The position numbers and the translations under genes are program-made. From sequence record DRR723986_1769: a stretch of 64,000 bases of DNA; one strand, written 5' to 3'. Shown here piece after piece: positions 9,676 to 19,869 of this stretch (the stretch's first letter is position 1; every line of letters begins with the position of its first letter). The notes under the pieces are model-generated. The model was given only the letters and a program-made list of their open reading frames with translations. It was not told the DNA's origin and made no database searches.

Positions 9676-10758
9676 CTACGCTCTCGGTGTGGGTACATCG
9701 TCAACACCCACATCTTGCTGGGCAATCAAGGCATCGACCTCGCTGTCGGTATCGGCGTCGGCGTCCAAACCGGCATCTGCGCGATGCTGCTCAGCCACCA
9801 ATACCAGCTCGGTGTACAAGGCGAAGTGGTCGGAGCCAAAGGCCGGCAGTCGGTCAATCTCGGCAACAGCAAAGTGGCTGCTGTGAAACACGTGATCCAA
9901 GGGCCAGCGCATGCCCGGATATTTCGCGTGGAAGGTATTGAACATCCCGCGCCCAACCCGGGGGTCCAGCAGGCCGCTTTTCTTGCGGAACAAGCGCGTT
10001 GTTCGCGACCAGGCCACATCATTCAGGTCGCCGCACACCACCACTGGCTCACGGCAGGCATCCAGCTTCTTGGCAACCACCATCAGCTCCGCATCGCGCT
10101 CCGCCGATTCGTCATTTTCTGTCGGGCTCGGTGGTGCAGGGTGCAGGCAGTGTAAGCGCAGCCGCGGTCCGCCTGGCATTTGCAGCAACACATGTATCGA
10201 CGGCACATCCTCTTCGACCAAAAATTCAACGTGGCTATCGAGCAGCGGCCAGCGCGAATACAAGTGCATACCGTATAAATTATCCTGAGGACATTTAACG
10301 CTGTGGGGGTAGTCGACATCCAGCTCCGCCAGGGCGTTTTGCCACCACGCATCACTTTCCAGGGTCACGAGCACATCGGGGCGCGTCTCCCGCACCAGCG
10401 ACAAAAATGCCTCAGCGTTGCGATTGGGGGTAAGCACATTCGCCGTTAACAGGCGCAGCGTGGGTAGCCGTGTTTCAGCCGGTGCATCTGGCACCTCCTT
10501 GGGATAAAACGGCGTGTAGGGAATGATCCACCACCACTGATAGACGGCGCAGGCTGCGGTCACCCCCACCATCGCCTGCACCCACTCCTGATTGCTATCT
10601 AATAGCAGATATTGCGCTGCCACCAAGGCGCTGGCCAGCAGAGCAATTTGCATGCGCGGGAAATCAAACGCGCGTACCCACCACTGCTGCTTGGGCAGGG
10701 CCGGCAATAGCGAGGCCACCACGCAAACCAAGCTCAATACTACAATTACCGCGCCCAT
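9676..10758 (-). CDS. Endonuclease/exonuclease/phosphatase family protein with N-terminal TM helices
   Basis: TANV, GDLND, LDHVF and SDH motifs. Confidence 0.85.
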   Translation of the reverse strand: MGAVIVVLSLVCVVASLLPALPKQQWWVRAFDFPRMQIALLASALVAAQYLLLDSNQEWVQAMVGVTAACAVYQWWWIIPYTPFYPKEVPDAPAETRLPTLRLLTANVLTPNRNAEAFLSLVRETRPDVLVTLESDAWWQNALAELDVDYPHSVKCPQDNLYGMHLYSRWPLLDSHVEFLVEEDVPSIHVLLQMPGGPRLRLHCLHPAPPSPTENDESAERDAELMVVAKKLDACREPVVVCGDLNDVAWSRTTRLFRKKSGLLDPRVGRGMFNTFHAKYPGMRWPLDHVFHSSHFAVAEIDRLPAFGSDHFALYTELVLVAEQHRADAGLDADADTDSEVDALIAQQDVGVDDVPTPRA

Positions 10759-11135
10759 TACGATTCCTCGGCCATGCGAATATCGGCACTGACAATGCGG
10801 CCCTCTCGCAGGCGATAGCGCGCGTGCAACAACAACTCCAGGCTCTCGCCCTCGGCAAATGAGTGACCCATAAAGTCTGCCACCGCCACCTTGACAGTGA
10901 AGCGGTCGCGAATATCAACGACGTATTCGTCGCCCTGGCAGGCAATATGTTCAGGCGTCATGTGGTCGTAGAACTGGGCGATAATGTGTTTGTACACCGC
11001 TAGAATCGCGTCAGGCCCACGCAGTGCCCCATCGGCGGTATGCAACACAATATCAGGGTGATAAAAATCCCTCAGTGCATCGGGGGATTCTGAATTATAA
11101 GTGCGAAAATAGTCTTCAATAATCGCTTTACTCAT
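10758..11135 (-). CDS. SnoaL/NTF2-like protein
   Basis: YFRTYN...FYHPD...G.DAI pattern; YRLREGRI. Confidence 0.7.
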   Translation of the reverse strand: MSKAIIEDYFRTYNSESPDALRDFYHPDIVLHTADGALRGPDAILAVYKHIIAQFYDHMTPEHIACQGDEYVVDIRDRFTVKVAVADFMGHSFAEGESLELLLHARYRLREGRIVSADIRMAEES

Positions 11136-11817
11136 CCCGCGTCGCCTCTGTGCCTATAGGGGTACTCGCCGCACGCAACCGCGTTATACGGTAGGCCAGC
11201 GCCAGCAAAAAACATAGCACAGCGGGTATCGTCAAAGCGAAGAAGCCAAGCCCGGCATAGAGCCAGGCCCCGGCACTGCCGCCGCCGGTAAAACCCAAAA
11301 TGATCAGCATAAACAGGCTGGCTTTGCGGCGGTCAAAGTGCTCGCCCCGCAGCGCGGCGCCGATCATTATCCCGAGGTCAGTGAACAAGCCGGTCACATG
11401 GGTGGTGCGAACCACAGCCCCGCTGTACCGGGTCGCCATGGCATTTTGTAGGCCACAGGCCGCCGACGCAAAGTAGTGCCCGGCGCCCTGCTCACGCTGA
11501 AGAAACGCGATCGCTATCAACAACAGTGCCCCCTCTATCACGAGCAACGTGTCGTAATGGCGCCCCAGGCTCAGGGTTTCGCTGCGGTTCAAATACCCGG
11601 AAATTGCGGCGCCCAATAGAAAGCTCAGCAGAATTGCCAATAAATGCCAGGCCCCGGTATCGCTCAATAGGCCAGCGCCCAGCAGCGTAGCGGTGCCGGA
11701 CAGGTGAGAAACCGACTGGTGGGCAAAGCCTAGCAGGCCCACCGCATTAACGATGCCGGCCAGCAGCGCCAAGGTAAAGGCGCCCAGCTCCAACCAACGC
11801 GGCAGTGAATGAATCAA
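11128..11817 (-). CDS. YoaK/DUF1275 family membrane protein
   Basis: SHLSG, GLQNA and RTTHVTG motifs; TTG start after AGGGAG. Confidence 0.85.
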   Translation of the reverse strand: MIHSLPRWLELGAFTLALLAGIVNAVGLLGFAHQSVSHLSGTATLLGAGLLSDTGAWHLLAILLSFLLGAAISGYLNRSETLSLGRHYDTLLVIEGALLLIAIAFLQREQGAGHYFASAACGLQNAMATRYSGAVVRTTHVTGLFTDLGIMIGAALRGEHFDRRKASLFMLIILGFTGGGSAGAWLYAGLGFFALTIPAVLCFLLALAYRITRLRAASTPIGTEATRDE

Positions 11818-11883
11818 CGCTAGCTCCCTTTGTCTGTCGGGCAAACCCGTGGAACCGTTGCAGGACGGTTTGCGAAATTGACG

Positions 11884-12183
11884 CTACGCCAGTGGAAACG
11901 CGCGTTGCCATTCGCTACCGGCACCCGTGCTATAACTCAGCCCACTGCCACCGGGCGCTCGGCAGGACCTCGCTTGCCAAGCCGCAGCCAGTGCCTCGCA
12001 ACCGGGCGAAAAATACACCAGTACCTCACAGTGCAAGCGCCCCTCTGACTCGTGCCTGGTTATCAAAACCCGCGGCGTGGCAGACGCCGAGTAGCGGCGC
12101 TGAAAGTCAGCGACCAGAGCGGCGTGCTGCGGCTCCGCCAGCAGCGCATCGCCTAAATTCAAGCAGTGCCACCCAGCGGCCAT
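11884..12183 (-). CDS. Hypothetical protein
   Basis: 99-aa ORF whose start overlaps the dbpA stop. Confidence 0.55.
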   Translation of the reverse strand: MAAGWHCLNLGDALLAEPQHAALVADFQRRYSASATPRVLITRHESEGRLHCEVLVYFSPGCEALAAAWQARSCRAPGGSGLSYSTGAGSEWQRAFPLA

Positions 12184-13568
12184 CAGCGAATCTTGCGCAC
12201 CCGTACACTGCGGCCTTTCAGCTTACCGGCCGTCAGCGTGCGCAATGCTTGGTCGGCGACATGTCTGCGCACGGCAACGTAGGCACAGTTATCAAAGATA
12301 TGAATTTTACCCACTTCTTTGCCGGCAACACCGTCTTCACGAGTGAGTGCTCCAAGGATGTCACCCGGGCGAATTTTCTGCTTTTTGCCGGAGTCCAATT
12401 GTAGGCAAACCATCGCCGGTTTGTAGCCCGGGGCACTCAATACGGCGGCACTGGGCAGGGGATCGGGGCGGATCGCGGCCTGACTCTGCGCTTCGAGCCG
12501 CTCAATTTTCTGGCGCTCGCGATCGCCAAACAAGCTACAGGCGCGCCCCTTTGCACCGGCCCGACCTGTTCGACCAATCCGGTGAGTGTGAACTTCGGGA
12601 TCGCGGGCGATGTGGTAATTGATCACCATATCCAGCTCTTCAATATCCAGGCCTCGCGCGGCCACGTCGGTGGCCACCAACACCGACACACTCTTGTTGG
12701 CAAAACACACCAAGGCCTGGTCACGGGCGCGTTGGTCCAACTCGCCGTGCAGTGCAATGACCTTCAGATTGGCCTCGCGCAGTCGCGCCGCCACCTCTTC
12801 GGTATCGCGCCGCGTATTGCAAAACACCACCGCGGAGTCGGGGCGGTGTTCAAGCAGTAAGCGAAGCACTGCCTCTACTCGCTCGGCATTGTCATTGACG
12901 TAATAAAAACTCTGCGCGATTGTCGTTGCGCTGTGCTGCTCTTTAATTTGCAGCAATTCAGGCTGGTTCATCACCCGCTTGGAAATTGCGCGGATCTCAT
13001 CCGGGTATGTTGCACTGAACAACAGGGTCTGACGCTGCTTAGGCATTTTTTCCACGATGGCGTCCAGCGTCGCCTGAAAGCCCATTTCCAACATGCGATC
13101 TGCCTCGTCCAGAACCAGCATGGAGAGCGCGTCGAGCTTAAGATTGCCCTTGCGCAGGTGCTCCTCTACCCTTCCCGGCGTCCCCACAATAATATGCGCG
13201 CCGTGCTCCAGCGAGCCGACCTGCGGCCCAAAGGGCATGCCACCACACAGGGTCAGCACCTTCACATTGTGCACGCCCCGCGCCAACTTGCGCAGCTCTC
13301 TCGCCACCTGATCGGCCAGCTCACGGGTTGGGCACAGCACCAATGACTGCACCGCAAAGCGTTTGACCTCCAGCTTCTGCAACACCCCCAAACCAAAGGC
13401 CACCGTTTTGCCTGAGCCGGTTTTGGCCTGTGCGATCAGGTCCACGCCGTCGAGAATGCGCGGCAGGGCGCCAGCCTGTACCGCAGTCATTTGCTGATAG
13501 CCCAAAGAGGAAAGGTTATTGCGCAGCCCACTTTTGAGCGACAGGCTGGCGAAATCGTAGTGATTCAA
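12183..13568 (-). CDS. dbpA: ATP-dependent RNA helicase DbpA
   Basis: [23 protein letters not shown] and the C-terminal KKQKIRPGDILGAL RNA-binding domain. Confidence 0.93.
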   Translation of the reverse strand: MNHYDFASLSLKSGLRNNLSSLGYQQMTAVQAGALPRILDGVDLIAQAKTGSGKTVAFGLGVLQKLEVKRFAVQSLVLCPTRELADQVARELRKLARGVHNVKVLTLCGGMPFGPQVGSLEHGAHIIVGTPGRVEEHLRKGNLKLDALSMLVLDEADRMLEMGFQATLDAIVEKMPKQRQTLLFSATYPDEIRAISKRVMNQPELLQIKEQHSATTIAQSFYYVNDNAERVEAVLRLLLEHRPDSAVVFCNTRRDTEEVAARLREANLKVIALHGELDQRARDQALVCFANKSVSVLVATDVAARGLDIEELDMVINYHIARDPEVHTHRIGRTGRAGAKGRACSLFGDRERQKIERLEAQSQAAIRPDPLPSAAVLSAPGYKPAMVCLQLDSGKKQKIRPGDILGALTREDGVAGKEVGKIHIFDNCAYVAVRRHVADQALRTLTAGKLKGRSVRVRKIR

Positions 13569-13645
13569 GGTGGTACCTATGTATATTGAGCTGGCGGGTA
13601 TAGGGCTATGATGCCAGTTCAGCCGTGTTTTAAAAGCCCAAAAGC

Positions 13646-13673
13646 AAAAGGGCAGAACCTCGCGGTTCTGCCC
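13646..13673 (-). terminator. Intrinsic terminator after the cold-shock gene
   Basis: GGGCAGAACC-N4-GGTTCTGCCC stem with a U-run on the minus strand. Confidence 0.75.
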
Positions 13674-13729
13674 CTTCTCGTTATTCGGCCGTAGCCGAGT
13701 AATGCTGATCCGACTAGCGGATCACATCA

Positions 13730-13936
13730 TTACAGTACAACGATGTTGTCAGCCTGTGGGCCTTTTTGGCCTTGGCTTACAGAGAATTCTACACGCTGGC
13801 CTTCAACCAGAGTTTTGAAGCCGCTGCCAGAGATAGCGCTGAAGTGTGCGAACACGTCTGGGCCATTTTCTTGCTCGATGAAGCCGAAGCCTTTAGTTTC
13901 GTTGAACCATTTTACTGTGCCAGTAACTGTAGACAT
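13730..13936 (-). CDS. Cold-shock protein (CspA family)
   Basis: GTVKWFN, KGFGFI (RNP1), VFAHFSAI (RNP2). Confidence 0.95.
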   Translation of the reverse strand: MSTVTGTVKWFNETKGFGFIEQENGPDVFAHFSAISGSGFKTLVEGQRVEFSVSQGQKGPQADNIVVL

Positions 13937-14156
13937 ATTTCTATCCTGAGTTTTCAAAAATAAGTTTTGCCTCACACGAGGCGGTTGTGCTGGAAGTGTT
14001 TCTATTACTTATGAGATCAGGACGAGAACTAAAGGTAGAACATCGAAATGGCGTGCATAAATATTAGGAGCTACTTTCTAGCTGGTGCCCACTATATAGG
14101 TAAAGTGAATAGAGGTATAGCTTTTTTTAGGCCGTAAAAACCGCAGCCAAACCCGC

Positions 14157-14840
14157 CTATTCACCACGCTGAGCAATAACAGATTGCGCGCGGCAACTGA
14201 CAATCGCCGGCGCCTTGTGCAGCAAACTGTCGTCGCGAAGCGCCGCGACCATAAAGCCAGCAAAATCCACCCGCCGCGTTTTATTGCTGGCCAAAATCGG
14301 GTCGCCGACGTGCTCGCTCCACACTGGCAACCCCTCGCTGGGGCCCTCCTCTAAGTCGGAACCACGCACTACCGTCCAGCGCCGGTCGCTGGCAAAAACC
14401 CGACGACAGGCTTCCACCTGGTCGTCCAGCTCAACCAGGCGCAGCATTTTTGCGATCGCACCCACCAGTTTCAGCAACAGCGTGAAGTGCCAGGGGTAGC
14501 GGTCGCGACCATCCATGGTGATGTGCCAGCCACAGGAAAATACCAAGCGCGCGGCGGGCTCAGCATAATCCAGCACCGCCTGCGCCGTACCAGAGGCATA
14601 CTGCTGGACACCCCAGGGCACCAGCACAACTACGGCACCATCGCAGCCTTGAAGGGCGCGGCGCAGCACTGCCCGGTCATTGGTTTTACCGGGAAAGATC
14701 TCAATGCGGCCGGCAAATTCGTCCAGCTTTTTCACGCTCTCGGGGCGACACACAGCGGCGACCTCGTCACCCGCCTCCAACAACTGCCGAACCATGTATT
14801 GCCCCAACTTGCCCGAAGCGCCCACCACACAAATTCGCAT
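14157..14840 (-). CDS. NAD(P)H-binding protein (BVR-B/flavin reductase-like)
   Basis: VVGASGKLG Rossmann motif, WTVVR, TRRVDFA. Confidence 0.8.
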   Translation of the reverse strand: MRICVVGASGKLGQYMVRQLLEAGDEVAAVCRPESVKKLDEFAGRIEIFPGKTNDRAVLRRALQGCDGAVVVLVPWGVQQYASGTAQAVLDYAEPAARLVFSCGWHITMDGRDRYPWHFTLLLKLVGAIAKMLRLVELDDQVEACRRVFASDRRWTVVRGSDLEEGPSEGLPVWSEHVGDPILASNKTRRVDFAGFMVAALRDDSLLHKAPAIVSCRAQSVIAQRGE

Positions 14841-14868
14841 TTTTTATCCCTCGCCTGTCAGCCTGAGC

Positions 14869-15627
14869 TCAGCCCTGCAAGCCCTCGCGGGCCATAAATT
14901 CTGCAACCCGTTGTCGCGCTTGCGCATCGCGATGTTCGTCGCCGCGCCGACTGTCCATTTGGTCAATATAATGCAGCAGCCCCACCTCGTTAAACGCGTA
15001 CATCGGGGTATCGCTGCAAACATCGGCGGCCTGCTGCGCCGACAGCAGGCTGGTTCGCGCATGGTACAAGCGATTGTGGTGACTATTATCGAGTATCAAT
15101 AAACCCGGCTGACGATTCAGCAGCAGACCACTGCCCTCCTCAAGACTGCGAGCCACCCACTGCTCGTGTAAGGCATCAACAGAAAGCTGTGGCTGCTGGC
15201 CCTGCAACTGGTAAAAGCGCTTAGCCATCGTATGGCCCATCACCCAGGTAGCGAAATAACGGCGCGGTGCAGCCAGCCAAAAGGCCGTCGGATACGGCGG
15301 TGTGTCCTGGTGAGGGCTCTGACAAAAGTCAGTGAGATAGGGATTGCTGCTGTATGCATGCTGCTGAGGCGCGCGTTGCGCCAGGGTGTAATTGGTGGGG
15401 TTCAGCGGCAAACCGGGGAATTCGATAATGCCCCATTCAAAAACTTCCTTGCGCAGCTGCTGCAAGAAATCGTAGGCCGAGGCATTAAAAGGGTGGCAGC
15501 CGTGCAGCGCTTCAGGCACCGCTATGCGAAGCCCTAACAAGCGGCCATCCAGGCGATAGCATCCCGCAGTAACCGTGCATTCTGCAGCGATGTCATCAAA
15601 GCTAAAGGCGGGGCGGGACATACACAC
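14869..15627 (-). CDS. Hypothetical protein, probable TauD/CAS-like Fe(II)/2-oxoglutarate oxygenase fold
   Basis: HQD followed by LLILDN...YHAR, matching an HxD...H...R arrangement. Confidence 0.55.
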   Translation of the reverse strand: MCMSRPAFSFDDIAAECTVTAGCYRLDGRLLGLRIAVPEALHGCHPFNASAYDFLQQLRKEVFEWGIIEFPGLPLNPTNYTLAQRAPQQHAYSSNPYLTDFCQSPHQDTPPYPTAFWLAAPRRYFATWVMGHTMAKRFYQLQGQQPQLSVDALHEQWVARSLEEGSGLLLNRQPGLLILDNSHHNRLYHARTSLLSAQQAADVCSDTPMYAFNEVGLLHYIDQMDSRRGDEHRDAQARQRVAEFMAREGLQG

Positions 15628-15702
15628 TCGGAACTATTCGCGACCGTAGGCCCGCCACATTATAATCAGCCTCCCCTAATTACCAGCCCGGGAATGCCCG
15701 CA

Positions 15703-15981
15703 ATGAACACAGCAATGGCGCGCCACATCCTTGTCGCGACGGAGGCCGAAGCCTTGGATATCAAACGCCGCCTTTCGAAAGGGCAGGCCTTTGATGTGCT
15801 GGCACGCAAGTATTCCACGTGCCCCTCAGCGAAGAAAGGCGGCGATCTCGGCGAAGTTCGCCGCCGACAAATGGTACCCAGTATCGACAAGGTGATTTTC
15901 AATAACGCCCTGCGCCAGACCCACGGCCCGATCAAGAGTAAGTTCGGCTATCACTTGGTGCAGGTGTATTTTCGCGGTTAA
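15703..15981 (+). CDS. ppiC: Parvulin peptidyl-prolyl isomerase
   Basis: ARHILV, YSTCPS..KGGDLG, GPIKSKFGYHLV. Confidence 0.9.
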   Translation: MNTAMARHILVATEAEALDIKRRLSKGQAFDVLARKYSTCPSAKKGGDLGEVRRRQMVPSIDKVIFNNALRQTHGPIKSKFGYHLVQVYFRG

Positions 15982-17456
15982 GAGCGGCGCCTGCTGGGCC
16001 GCGCCTGAAGGCGTTTCGCCGCGATGATTATCGCGGTTATCGAAAAGCCAGCCCCCAAAACCATCATTGTAATCACCAATACATCCCAGAGAGGACGACG
16101 GTTCAACAGCGGCAAAAAGTCCCAGCTATGCAAGCCGTTGTATAGCCAGCGCCGCAATCGCTCGCGCTGATTAAGCCTGCCACGCAGCTCACCCGTGAGC
16201 GGGTCAATGTGGAACCACGTTGCCTGTGGGTCGTCAAAACGCAGCCGCATCACCGGCAGTGGACGATAGCGCTGGTGATGGCTGTAGTAGTACACATCGT
16301 GCCCGGCCAGCACCTCAACCCAGTAGCCGTGGTCGGGCACCAGCTGCGCTGCGGCATCGGCGATCTTCGCCGCCATCACCGGCTCACGCTGCCAGGACAG
16401 CGGCCGCAATAAGTCTGTATGGCGAGGGGAGCGCGAGCCAAGCAGGTAATATTCGCCGCCCAATCGTCGCCAATGTAATTCTCGGTATTCCCCGCTACGG
16501 AGAACCTGTTGAAGCGTGGGCAGTGACGCCACCTCGTCCGCGATTTCCCCTCCGCCGTAATAGCGCTGCGCCTGCCGTGAGTAGGGCTCACCTGACGAAA
16601 AAATTCCCCACGGGCTCATCGACATCAAACCGCTAAACATATAGGTGGCGAAGAATAATACGCAGATCAGCCCCATTACGTGGTGCCATTTCATCACCCC
16701 ACGATAGGGGCTATAACGACGCCCCTTGTAGGGCTTGCGCAAACGCAGACGCCAAATGCCAACAACGGCCCCACTGGCAATAGACAGCAACCCCAATAGC
16801 GATAAAGCAATTACCAACTGCGCCCACAGTTCTGAGTGGCGACGCAGCGCCGCCGGATAGAGCCAATGCAGGTTGGCCCCCAGCCAATTCCAGCTGCGTT
16901 CAAAGCGCGTGGTATCTCGCAGCACCTGGCCCGTTTGCGACGACACATAAAGCTGAAGCCCATCCTCGGTGCCAAGGTCCACCCGAAAGAGCGGGCGATG
17001 CTCGCGCAAGCTCGACGATAAGCTCCACTGGTCGTAGTCGATACTCGCCACCGATACCACCCCAGCGTCACCGGCCGCCAGGCGACCACTGCGCCGGGCA
17101 AAGGCCTGCGCAAACCCGACGGCCTCCTCCGCAGAAATTGCGGCGACGGGCTCGGCCGTATCAGCGTAATACCGCTCTGTTCGGCCATCGCTGAAACCAA
17201 CAACATAGGCAGCGCGATCGCCAATGGCGCGCAGGCTGAGCTGAGTAACGCCCGCCTCGCTCAACAACTGCCGCGGGGAAACGGCAACGGCAGAGGCCCG
17301 CAGCGGCGGCAAGCCCGCCAGTCGTTCCTCCTCGCTCAAGCCAGGATAGGGCACATACATCAGCACAATGCCGCTGATAAACCACATGGCAAACAGCACG
17401 CACATAGCCACACCCAGCCAGCGATGCCCCAGATATAAATACCGCTTTAGTTTCAT
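15978..17456 (-). CDS. PepSY domain membrane protein
   Basis: HRWLG, LHWLY, WHHVMG and GLHSWDF His motifs; follows a TonB receptor. Confidence 0.85.
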   Translation of the reverse strand: MKLKRYLYLGHRWLGVAMCVLFAMWFISGIVLMYVPYPGLSEEERLAGLPPLRASAVAVSPRQLLSEAGVTQLSLRAIGDRAAYVVGFSDGRTERYYADTAEPVAAISAEEAVGFAQAFARRSGRLAAGDAGVVSVASIDYDQWSLSSSLREHRPLFRVDLGTEDGLQLYVSSQTGQVLRDTTRFERSWNWLGANLHWLYPAALRRHSELWAQLVIALSLLGLLSIASGAVVGIWRLRLRKPYKGRRYSPYRGVMKWHHVMGLICVLFFATYMFSGLMSMSPWGIFSSGEPYSRQAQRYYGGGEIADEVASLPTLQQVLRSGEYRELHWRRLGGEYYLLGSRSPRHTDLLRPLSWQREPVMAAKIADAAAQLVPDHGYWVEVLAGHDVYYYSHHQRYRPLPVMRLRFDDPQATWFHIDPLTGELRGRLNQRERLRRWLYNGLHSWDFLPLLNRRPLWDVLVITMMVLGAGFSITAIIIAAKRLQARPSRRRS

Positions 17457-17467
17457 CTCGCCGCGCC

Positions 17468-19573
17468 TCAGAAGCGATAATTCAAACTGAGGTCGGCAGC
17501 GCGCCCATCTGCCAGGATCCATTGATCACCATAGGGTGCCAACACATAGTCGCGGGTGTCCGACAGGTTTTTACCGCGCAAACTTATTTGCAGGGCATCA
17601 CTAACCTGCCAGTGAAGGGCCGCGTCGACAACGCGGTAGGACGGCAATACCGAGGTATTACTGTCGTTGGCATAGCGCTTACCCACATAGCGCAGGCCCG
17701 CACCGAGCTGCCAGTGAGGGTGCCACTGCCAACGCAGCCACAGGTTGGCGGTTTTCTCGGCGACATTGCGCGGGGTGTTCCCGGAGAGATCATCGCTGCC
17801 TTTCACGAACTCCTCGTAACGCGCCCGCGCCAACGCCAGATTAAAATCCAGGCTGACCGACTCGCTTACCTGTGTATACACCTCCCACTCGATACCTCGG
17901 GAAGATTGCTCACCAATTTGCCGCTGCACGCCGCCGGGGTCAGCGCTCAACAGGTCGCGCTTGACGATATCGTATACCGCTAAACTGGTTTGCAAACGCC
18001 CCTGCCAGTACTGCTGTTTTACGCCGAGCTCTACTTGCTCACCCTTGGCCAGCGCCACGTCATCGTTCACCGATGTCAGTACCGATCCAATGGGGTCGAG
18101 TGCACGGCTGTATTGCGCATAGACAGAGGTTTCCTCTGACGGCTGGTAAACCACACCAACACGCCAACTGCCACCACTGGGCGACGAGGTACTGCGCGAC
18201 GCGCTCTGGCCGTTGCTGCGCGCAACGTCGTTGCGCTCGATCTCAAGTCGGTCGTAGCGCAAGCCCAACACGGCACTCCACTGTGGCGTGATTTGCAGAT
18301 GATCGTCGAGAAACAAGGCGACTTGCTGTGTCTCACTGCTGAAGTCATCGCTGGTGGCACTCTGCACACCGTCGCGCCAACGGCCCGGCGCTGGCTGCTC
18401 CAGGTCGACGCTACTGCTGCCTTGGTAAGGGGAGTTGTTGCGGTGGCTGAAGTCGATATCGTTCACTTCCAGACCGATGTTGAATCGGTTGTCACGCCCC
18501 AGTAGGGGTTGCGCTAAGGTGACATCCGCGCGATAGCCCAACTGCTCCTGGTCGTGCAGTATTTCCAGATAGAAACTCCGGTCCACCTCACCAGAGGCCG
18601 AGTTGTAGGCGTAACTCTCAACATTGCGCCAGTGGCGATCGGCACGCATGTAGTAGAGTTCACTGCGCAGTACCGCCGCCTCGCTGATCTGCCAAGTGGC
18701 AGAGAGCCGCGGCCACAAATCCTGATAAGACACGATGGCATCGCTAACATTGTAATTATTGCGACGTGTCGACGGATGCACCCGACCATCGACCAGTGGT
18801 GTTCCCCAGTAGGGCGCGGCATCAGTGTCGGCAATATCGACGGCAAGCTGCCACGACAACTGCGCCGTCTGCTGAAACAAGACACCAACTGCCAGCGCCT
18901 GCCGATGCTCATCGGCGCGGTCCACGTAACCATCGCTGCGGTGATCCACCGCATCAATGCGGTAGGCGAGCTGGTCGGATACCGCATCCCCCAGGCCCAG
19001 CGCAAAACGTCGCAAACCAAAACTGCCTGCACTGATATCAAGCTCATTCGGCGCCTTCTCGAAGGACGGCTTTTTCGGCACGTAATTCACGGTGGCGCCA
19101 ATGGCGCCCACACCATTGATCACCGAACCAGGGCCACGCAGCACCTCAATGCGCGCCATTGTCCAAGTGTCGGCAGGGAAGCTGACCGTGCCACTGCCCA
19201 CATACAAGCGCTTGCCCTCATAGGTGCTAACCACCGAACTGTGCCCAGCAAACCCGCGAACGGACGTGGCACTGCCGCCATTTCCCGGCGAGGCATTGGC
19301 GGCGAAGCCCGCCGCCCGCGTTAGCGCAGACAAGCCCGAGAAGTCGCCCTTTTCAGCAATGTCTTCTCCGGTGATGACCGCCACGCTGGCGGGAGTTTCC
19401 ATAACGGTTAAGCCCAGCCGAGACCCGGCCCGGTGTTGCTCATACAACGATAAGCCCGCCGACGTGTCGGCTTCGGCGGTCACCGCCATTTCTTCAAGTT
19501 GAAGATGCTCCGCAAAATTTGGCGCGCACCACACCAGCCCGCTGCACAGCAGCAAACATCGCGTATTGTTCAT
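17468..19573 (-). CDS. TonB-dependent receptor under a cobalamin riboswitch
   Basis: Signal peptide, ETPAS plug, RIEVLRGPGS, NLSD, terminal YRF. Confidence 0.9.
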   Translation of the reverse strand: MNNTRCLLLCSGLVWCAPNFAEHLQLEEMAVTAEADTSAGLSLYEQHRAGSRLGLTVMETPASVAVITGEDIAEKGDFSGLSALTRAAGFAANASPGNGGSATSVRGFAGHSSVVSTYEGKRLYVGSGTVSFPADTWTMARIEVLRGPGSVINGVGAIGATVNYVPKKPSFEKAPNELDISAGSFGLRRFALGLGDAVSDQLAYRIDAVDHRSDGYVDRADEHRQALAVGVLFQQTAQLSWQLAVDIADTDAAPYWGTPLVDGRVHPSTRRNNYNVSDAIVSYQDLWPRLSATWQISEAAVLRSELYYMRADRHWRNVESYAYNSASGEVDRSFYLEILHDQEQLGYRADVTLAQPLLGRDNRFNIGLEVNDIDFSHRNNSPYQGSSSVDLEQPAPGRWRDGVQSATSDDFSSETQQVALFLDDHLQITPQWSAVLGLRYDRLEIERNDVARSNGQSASRSTSSPSGGSWRVGVVYQPSEETSVYAQYSRALDPIGSVLTSVNDDVALAKGEQVELGVKQQYWQGRLQTSLAVYDIVKRDLLSADPGGVQRQIGEQSSRGIEWEVYTQVSESVSLDFNLALARARYEEFVKGSDDLSGNTPRNVAEKTANLWLRWQWHPHWQLGAGLRYVGKRYANDSNTSVLPSYRVVDAALHWQVSDALQISLRGKNLSDTRDYVLAPYGDQWILADGRAADLSLNYRF

Positions 19574-19694
19574 TGTGAAACCTCAAACGTAAGTTAAAAA
19601 ACGCATGAGGGAGGGGACGAGGGAATTCGACAGCGAGCCGCAAGGGCCAGAAGAAGTCCAACGCATGAAGCCCTCCGCTTCATTGCTGTTAACG

Positions 19695-19835
19695 TCTAAA
19701 GGCCGGTATCGGGCTCTCATCGAAATGATCACCGTTGCGGGGGCAGCGTTGGATTCACCTTGGCGGTTTACCAAACTTCCCGTTTAACCTGCCAGACCGA
19801 TTGCTCGTGTCGACAGGCACCTTCAGAACGCGGGG
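19695..19835 (-). ncRNA. Cobalamin (B12) riboswitch
   Basis: Minus strand reads AAGGTG...AGGTTAAACGGGAA...GGTGAATCC...CTGCCCCCGCAACGGT...AGCCCGATACCGGCC, the conserved B12-element order; in the 5' leader of the receptor; ends approximate. Confidence 0.88.
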
Positions 19836-19869
19836 GAGCATACCACAGCTCGCCCGCTGCACAAGTTTG

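Noticed and set aside
17468-19573. Naming the receptor btuB
   Set aside because: The riboswitch supports B12-linked regulation, but the protein could not be recognised as a BtuB orthologue by eye.
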